Below are positions 58,623-64,000 of a stretch of DNA of 64,000 nucleotides, one piece after another; the stretch's first letter is position 1; every line of letters starts with the position of its first letter. The position numbers and the translations under genes were made by a program. The notes beneath the pieces are model-generated. The model searched no databases. It saw nothing but the letters and a program-made list of their open reading frames with translations, and was not told the origin of the DNA. The DNA comes from Actinomycetes bacterium (GTDB lineage: Bacteria > Actinomycetota > Acidimicrobiia > Acidimicrobiales > JABEUL01), in NCBI GenBank assembly GCA_021852345.1, contig JAJZNL010000020.1, positions 3,144 through 67,143 of the forward strand, in the 5' to 3' direction.

Positions 58623-60341
58623 ATGCCCAGAACTATCACTAGGCCGGTTAAAAGATTACGACTGTTTCGTCGGATAATTATTGTATTTTTAATTTATCTG
58701 ACTTTTAGAATTGTCTATGTTCAGGTTATTCCGAGCAGTTCGTATACCAATTACGGTCGGCAGGAACAACAAATTTATGTCCCGCTTCCTCCTCTAAGAG
58801 GCGATATCTATGATCGTAACGGTCAAATTATAGCAATGTCGGTAAGTACCAAAACTGTGGTTGCAGATCCCAAACAAATCAAAGATCCCTTAAGTGAGTC
58901 AACGAAATTGGCACAACTGCTTAATTTGAGTCAGGCTACGGTATATCACCAAATGATACAAAATAATCAATTTGATTACATAGACAAGCAGATTAGCTTG
59001 TCTATGGCTCAAAAAGTAGCGGCATTACAACTAAACGGGATAGCCTTAATTCCTTCGGCTATTAGGGTAGATACATCGACTACTTTGTTGCAGTCTCTTG
59101 TGGGATTAACTGATCTAAACGGAAACGGTATTTCCGGAATTGAAAAAATGTACAATACTACGCTTGCTGGCACCCCGGGCGCCGAAGAGTTGTCGACTTC
59201 TCCAATCGGCGTATTACCTGGGGGGGTGCATGTAATTAACCAAGTTAAAAACGGCAACGGAATCGTGCTGTCTTTGGACCAATCTTTGCAGCTTAGGGTT
59301 CAAGAACTTTTGACCAAGCAAGTTATTGCCACAAAATCTTTGTCGGGAACGGCTGCGGTTATGGATGTAAAGACCGGAGAAATCTTGGCTATGGATTCGG
59401 TGGTATCCATGAACAATCTTCCGCCGACGATTCCTAAGAGTGCGTTGCTTGGGCAAGGAAACGGAGTTTATGTTTTTCCTACTTCTGATGCAATGGCCCT
59501 AACTTTTGTTTATGAACCCGGCTCGGTAATGAAGATAACCACTTTTTCGGGAGCCCTTGAAAGAGGTGTTATCACACCTACCACTCAACTGAATATACCT
59601 CCATACCTGATGGTTGCTGGCAGCCGATTTGCCGATGCTGAAGCTCATGGAAACGAAGTTCTTACGGCAGCTCAGGTCATCCAACAGTCATCAAATATCG
59701 GTACGATTGAAATTGCCCAAAAATTGGGAGCTCAAACGGTCTATAACATGCAATCGCTTTTTGGGTTTGGACATCTCACTCCTTTATCTTTTCCGGGAGA
59801 ATCACCCGGGATACTAAAGCCGGCTTCGCAGTGGTCAGGTACGGCTATTGGATCTACGCCGATCGGACAAGATACTGGTGTTACCGTAATGCAGTTGTTG
59901 GATGCTTACAATGCACTGGCAAACGGAGGTGTCTATGTTTCGCCTAAGTTGGTTGACGGAATCGTAAACGCAAACGGTTCTGTGACTAAAACTCCGAAGT
60001 CCTCGACCAAAAGGCTGATTCCGTCCTGGGTAGACAAAGATATGATATCGATGATGAAAGGTGTCATATCGAATGCAGGTACCGCGCCGGCGGCAGCTAT
60101 TCCCGGATATACCGCAGCCGGTAAAACTGGTACCGCTCAAGTGCCTGGTAACGGAACTGACGCCTATTTGCCGGGTAAATTTGATGCTACATTCGCCGGA
60201 TTCGCACCGGCAAACAATCCGGCTTTAACCTGTGTTGTCATGTTTCAGGAGCCAACTGGTTATTACGGAGGTTCTGAAGCCGGCCCGATTTTCTCTCAAA
60301 TCATGCAATATGCTTTACATCTATATCACGTCGCCCCGTAA
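58623..60341 (+). CDS. ftsI: class B penicillin-binding protein (FtsI/PBP3-type transpeptidase)
   Basis: N-terminal TM anchor. SxxK (GSVMK), SxN (QSSN) and KTGT motifs. Confidence 0.85.
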   Translation: MPRTITRPVKRLRLFRRIIIVFLIYLTFRIVYVQVIPSSSYTNYGRQEQQIYVPLPPLRGDIYDRNGQIIAMSVSTKTVVADPKQIKDPLSESTKLAQLLNLSQATVYHQMIQNNQFDYIDKQISLSMAQKVAALQLNGIALIPSAIRVDTSTTLLQSLVGLTDLNGNGISGIEKMYNTTLAGTPGAEELSTSPIGVLPGGVHVINQVKNGNGIVLSLDQSLQLRVQELLTKQVIATKSLSGTAAVMDVKTGEILAMDSVVSMNNLPPTIPKSALLGQGNGVYVFPTSDAMALTFVYEPGSVMKITTFSGALERGVITPTTQLNIPPYLMVAGSRFADAEAHGNEVLTAAQVIQQSSNIGTIEIAQKLGAQTVYNMQSLFGFGHLTPLSFPGESPGILKPASQWSGTAIGSTPIGQDTGVTVMQLLDAYNALANGGVYVSPKLVDGIVNANGSVTKTPKSSTKRLIPSWVDKDMISMMKGVISNAGTAPAAAIPGYTAAGKTGTAQVPGNGTDAYLPGKFDATFAGFAPANNPALTCVVMFQEPTGYYGGSEAGPIFSQIMQYALHLYHVAP

Positions 60342-60362
60342 AAGATTAAATTAAAACAGGTT

Positions 60363-61853
60363 ATGAACGAACTTACGACCAAAATAGGAATTATTTTAAC
60401 GAGAGGACCCAAAACGAAGCAGCTAATTGAGGCTTTTCTGAATTATGACGATGACTTGCCTGTAGAAGGTATTACCAATTCGTCAAAAGAGGTAAAAAGG
60501 AATTTTATCTTTGTGGCAGTCAAAGGCGAAAATTTTGATGGACACGACTTCGCGCAAGAGGCAGTCGACAACGGCGCATCGATTCTATTAGTTGAACGAC
60601 AATTGAATATTAATGTGTGTCAGTTGATAATACAAAAGGGTTTGCTACGGGTAGCTTTGGCCGAATTTGCTGGTTCGTATTACAACTTTCCATTTGAAAA
60701 ACTTACGACGGTAGGAATTACAGGCACAAATGGTAAAACTTCGGTATCGAGCATGGTAAAAGCTTTATTGGAATATAACGGTATCGAAACCGAAATCATC
60801 GGAACTTTGACCTCGCAAAGAACGACTCCGGAAGCTCACACTCTGAATGACGTGGCTTATAGGGCATTAAAAAGCGGTAAAAAAGCGTTGGTAATGGAGG
60901 TCTCTTCAATCGGTTTGTCGCTGGGTCGTGTAGACGGTATCGTCTTTGACGTTGCGGCTTTCACAAACATAAGCCATGAACATTTAGATTTTCACAAAAC
61001 CATGGAAGACTATTACCTTGCAAAAAAAACATTGTTTTTCCAATGCGACACCGCCGTTATCTTCCAAAAAGACATATGGTCGGAGCGTCTTATCGATGAA
61101 CTTACTTTGGAGACCAAGATTAAAATTGAAACGGTCTCCCATCTGGATGCCACTAACATCGTTCCTAATCTTTGCGGTACAAGTTTTAAAGCAGAAAACG
61201 AGCAGATCAATTTGAATTGGGGCGGAATATTTACCGTTGATAATGCATTGTTGGCTTTTCAAATTGGTTTATGTTTAAATATTCCCAAAGATAAAGCGGC
61301 ATTAGGCATAAGCTCGTGTCCTCAAGTAAAAGGCAGATTCGAAATGGTTAGAGAGCCGACGCATTTGACACCTCTTGTTGTGGTGGACTATGCACATACT
61401 CCCGACGCATTGAAAGCAGCATTGGTATCGGCGAAGATTGTTGCTAAAGATAAGGTAGTTGTGGTTTTTGGCTGCGGCGGCGATCGAGACGTCAAAAAAC
61501 GACCGGAGATGGGTAAGGTTGCAACCGAACTTGCAGACTTAGTCATCATCACCAACGACAATCCTAGGAGTGAAGACCCTCAAGAGATAGTAAGTCAAAT
61601 AGTTTCAGAGATTGAGCACGGGCAATATCAAATTGAGCTTGACCGGGCAAAAGCTATTGAAAATGCCATTTCTTTAACCAACGGAAACGACGTAGTCTTA
61701 ATAGCGGGTAAAGGCCATGAGAACTATCAAATATTTAAAGACCAAACGATATCTTTCAGTGACGTTGAAGTTGCCGCAAAACTTGTTGAAAATAGAAACG
61801 CAAACGAGGGATCGACACCGATCACAGATAACCATTCGGAGTTTTACTTATGA
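60363..61853 (+). CDS. murE: UDP-N-acetylmuramoyl-L-alanyl-D-glutamate--2,6-diaminopimelate ligase
   Basis: GITGTNGKTS P-loop and the DNPRSEDP motif (the DNPR signature of meso-DAP-adding MurE). Confidence 0.9.
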   Translation: MNELTTKIGIILTRGPKTKQLIEAFLNYDDDLPVEGITNSSKEVKRNFIFVAVKGENFDGHDFAQEAVDNGASILLVERQLNINVCQLIIQKGLLRVALAEFAGSYYNFPFEKLTTVGITGTNGKTSVSSMVKALLEYNGIETEIIGTLTSQRTTPEAHTLNDVAYRALKSGKKALVMEVSSIGLSLGRVDGIVFDVAAFTNISHEHLDFHKTMEDYYLAKKTLFFQCDTAVIFQKDIWSERLIDELTLETKIKIETVSHLDATNIVPNLCGTSFKAENEQINLNWGGIFTVDNALLAFQIGLCLNIPKDKAALGISSCPQVKGRFEMVREPTHLTPLVVVDYAHTPDALKAALVSAKIVAKDKVVVVFGCGGDRDVKKRPEMGKVATELADLVIITNDNPRSEDPQEIVSQIVSEIEHGQYQIELDRAKAIENAISLTNGNDVVLIAGKGHENYQIFKDQTISFSDVEVAAKLVENRNANEGSTPITDNHSEFYL

Positions 61854-62899
61854 TCTCTTTAGCTCTTGCCGGATTTATATCTCTAGTTTTATCCTTACTA
61901 TTTACATTTATCATCATTAAATGGATGCAAAAACGTTCGCTGGGGCAGATAGTCAGAGAAGATGGCCCTAAAGCTCACGAAGCAAAATCGGGAACTCCTA
62001 CGTTAGGGGGTGTAGCAATTGTCATTTCGGCAATTTTAGGGTTTTCAGCTGCACATCTAATAATTCTGGAAGACATTAGAACACGTGCGGCATTTTTGGT
62101 ACTAATTATTCTTTTCTTGTCTGGAGTTATCGGATTCGCCGATGACTATTTAAAGTTAAAAAGACGACATAACTTGGGGTTAAATAAAAGCGCTAAGTTG
62201 GTCGCACAGATTGCAGTTGCGGTAATTTTTGTAGTTCTTGCTGAAAATTGGGCCAAGGTATATGAAAATTTAACATTTACAAGATACAATTTTCCGGCAG
62301 GAATACATCTAGGACCTGTACTGTGGGGAATCTTTGCTGTTTTGGTAATCGTAGGATGTCAAAATGCGGTTAATTTAACCGACGGTCTGGACGGTCTGGC
62401 AGCTGGTTCGTCTGCAGTCGTATTTGCCTCCTTAACATTTTTTGGTTTTTTTATATTTAGACACGAAGGACTATATAAGTTGGTGCCGGCTTTAGATTTG
62501 TCATCTGTGTCAATTTCTTTAATGGCAGCCTGCGTGGGATTTCTCTGGTGGAACGCAAATCCAGCCAAAATTATGATGGGAGATACTGGTGCGTTGGCAA
62601 TCGGCGGGGGTATGGCAGCCATATTTCTGCAAATGAATATGGCACTTCTGTTGCCCATAATCGGCGGTCTTTTTGTAGTTGAAACTCTGAGTGTGGTAAT
62701 TCAGGTAGCTTCATTTAAAATTACCAAAAAACGGCCTTTTAGGATGGCACCGATTCACCACCACTTTGAATTGAAAGGGTGGGCAGAATCTACCGTCATC
62801 GTCAGATTTTGGATTATTTCGGCAATTTTTTCCGGTTTGGGAGTGGCAATATTTTATGCTGATTTCATAGCGGTCAATTCAAGGAGTATTTTACTGTGA
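61850..62899 (+). CDS. mraY: phospho-N-acetylmuramoyl-pentapeptide transferase
   Basis: Polytopic. DDYLK, NLTDGLDGLA, MGDTGALAIGG and APIHHHFE motifs. ATGA overlap with murE. Confidence 0.95.
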   Translation: MISLALAGFISLVLSLLFTFIIIKWMQKRSLGQIVREDGPKAHEAKSGTPTLGGVAIVISAILGFSAAHLIILEDIRTRAAFLVLIILFLSGVIGFADDYLKLKRRHNLGLNKSAKLVAQIAVAVIFVVLAENWAKVYENLTFTRYNFPAGIHLGPVLWGIFAVLVIVGCQNAVNLTDGLDGLAAGSSAVVFASLTFFGFFIFRHEGLYKLVPALDLSSVSISLMAACVGFLWWNANPAKIMMGDTGALAIGGGMAAIFLQMNMALLLPIIGGLFVVETLSVVIQVASFKITKKRPFRMAPIHHHFELKGWAESTVIVRFWIISAIFSGLGVAIFYADFIAVNSRSILL

Positions 62900-64000
62900 C
62901 CGAAGTGCCAACAAAATTGGGCCAAAAGTTGAACGGCAAGAAAATATTGATAATCGGCGCATCCGTTACGGGTAGGGCGCTCCTAACTACGCTTTCTAAG
63001 TTCTTGACTCAACCAGATATCTCAATCACCGATGACAATTCCAACAAACTGTCAGACTTGGAATTTTTAAAGATAAAGGGTGACGCTACGGTAATAGATT
63101 CTTTGGCCAATTGGCCTCTTCTAATAAAGGAATTTAATTTAATTATTCCGTCACCAGGAGTTCCTAAAAGTCATCCGATATTGACGGCGGCATTAGATGC
63201 TAAGACGGAGATCTTAAGCGAAATTGAAATTGGTTACATGGCTACCGACTTACCGATCATTGCGATAACCGGGACAAACGGGAAGACAACGGTAACTACT
63301 TTAGTGAACGAGGTATTGACAAGTGCAGGAATAGAATCTGCCGCTTGCGGAAACATAGGAACTTCTCTAATTGAAATTGCAACCGAAGCCGATAAGTATG
63401 AATACCTGGTCACCGAGGTGTCGTCGTTCCAATTGGAATTTACAAAAACCTTTAAACCAAAAGTCGGGGCATGGCTTAATTTATCTGAAGACCATTTGGA
63501 CTGGCACGAAAATATGGCTGATTATGCCAGAGCAAAGGCAAAGATATGGCAAAATCAACAAGATACGGATATAGGAATATACAACACTGAAGATCCCGTT
63601 ATTGCTTCACTGTTCCAAGATACAGTAAATACCAAGATATCTAAAAATGGTAATAATCCTCCTGCGGTAACCTTTGGCTATACTACCGGTAACTTTCATT
63701 GCCAAGATGATTTTTTGGTTTATCAAAGTCAAATTGATATAAAGGAAGTTGTTAGATTAATTTCATTAAATGAGCTAAAGCGTAAATCAAAAGCCGATAT
63801 CCTAAATTTTTTAGCTGTATACGCAATATGTTCGGCGGTGGAAATCAAAACCGAAATCATAAGTGAAGTTGTTAAAAAATTTACCGGATTAGAGCATAGA
63901 GTCGAGTATTTCCTGACGAAAGACCAAATTACCTGGATAAATGATTCAAAGGCCACAACCCCAGCATCGGTTGTGGCAGCACTTGAGTCTTTAGACAACG
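62896..64000 (+). CDS. murD: UDP-N-acetylmuramoylalanine--D-glutamate ligase (3'-partial, runs off the window)
   Basis: Absent from the ORF track because there is no stop in the window. I translated the frame from GTG 62896 (GTGA overlap with mraY, AAGGAG SD) and it stays open to 64000. Motifs: ITGTNGKTT, ACGNIG, GLEHR, NDSKATT. Confidence 0.9.
   Translation, partial: MTEVPTKLGQKLNGKKILIIGASVTGRALLTTLSKFLTQPDISITDDNSNKLSDLEFLKIKGDATVIDSLANWPLLIKEFNLIIPSPGVPKSHPILTAALDAKTEILSEIEIGYMATDLPIIAITGTNGKTTVTTLVNEVLTSAGIESAACGNIGTSLIEIATEADKYEYLVTEVSSFQLEFTKTFKPKVGAWLNLSEDHLDWHENMADYARAKAKIWQNQQDTDIGIYNTEDPVIASLFQDTVNTKISKNGNNPPAVTFGYTTGNFHCQDDFLVYQSQIDIKEVVRLISLNELKRKSKADILNFLAVYAICSAVEIKTEIISEVVKKFTGLEHRVEYFLTKDQITWINDSKATTPASVVAALESLDN

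Overview
The window is AT-rich, roughly 40% G+C by eye (not computed). Its gene order is that of Actinomycetota housekeeping blocks, nearly all on the + strand.

Housekeeping blocks:
- yloV-recG, rsmD-coaD, a SepIVA-like coiled-coil gene, DUF177-rpmF-plsX
- aroC-aroK-aroB-aroQ-pepP-efp-nusB, then pyrR-pyrB-pyrC-carA-carB
- glmU-prs-rplY-pth-mfd ... mazG
- The start of the dcw cluster: mraZ-rsmH-ftsL-ftsI-murE-mraY-murD. murD runs off the 3' end and is missing from the ORF track. rpmF is also missing from the track because it is under 60 aa.

Two non-core segments interrupt these blocks:
- 22.6-29.2 kb holds an acyl-CoA carboxylase beta/alpha, AtuA-like and acyl-CoA dehydrogenase catabolic cluster.
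- About 29.2-43.6 kb is a mixed-strand accessory and decay region. It contains an internally deleted ABC-ATPase remnant, a DUF1697 gene and an orphan gene, and a Fur-family regulator with a metal-transporter operon. It also has a GC-rich truncated IS607-type serine-recombinase fragment and a 3-gene thioesterase/AhpD-like/Zn-ADH cassette. A second GC-elevated orphan segment carries a perfect 13-bp hairpin. Three signal-anchored exoproteins with Thr/Ser-rich linkers follow (Kelch, alpha/beta hydrolase, SGNH hydrolase). The region ends with a methyltransferase, a GNAT and a LigB-type dioxygenase.

I found no tRNA, rRNA, CRISPR array or recognisable defence system.

Most notable observations:
- An 18-bp perfect helix with a nested hairpin lies between mraZ and rsmH and buries the likely rsmH SD and ATG.
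- Phased TGG(G/T) repeats upstream of mraZ look like an MraZ operator.
- murF is absent between murE and mraY.
- GlmU is truncated before the acetyltransferase active-site region.
- IS607 remnants possibly bracket a cargo cassette.
- Conserved operons contain unusually long AT-rich spacers, which suggests genome decay.

Functional calls rest on motifs read from the translations and on remembered synteny. No database search was run.
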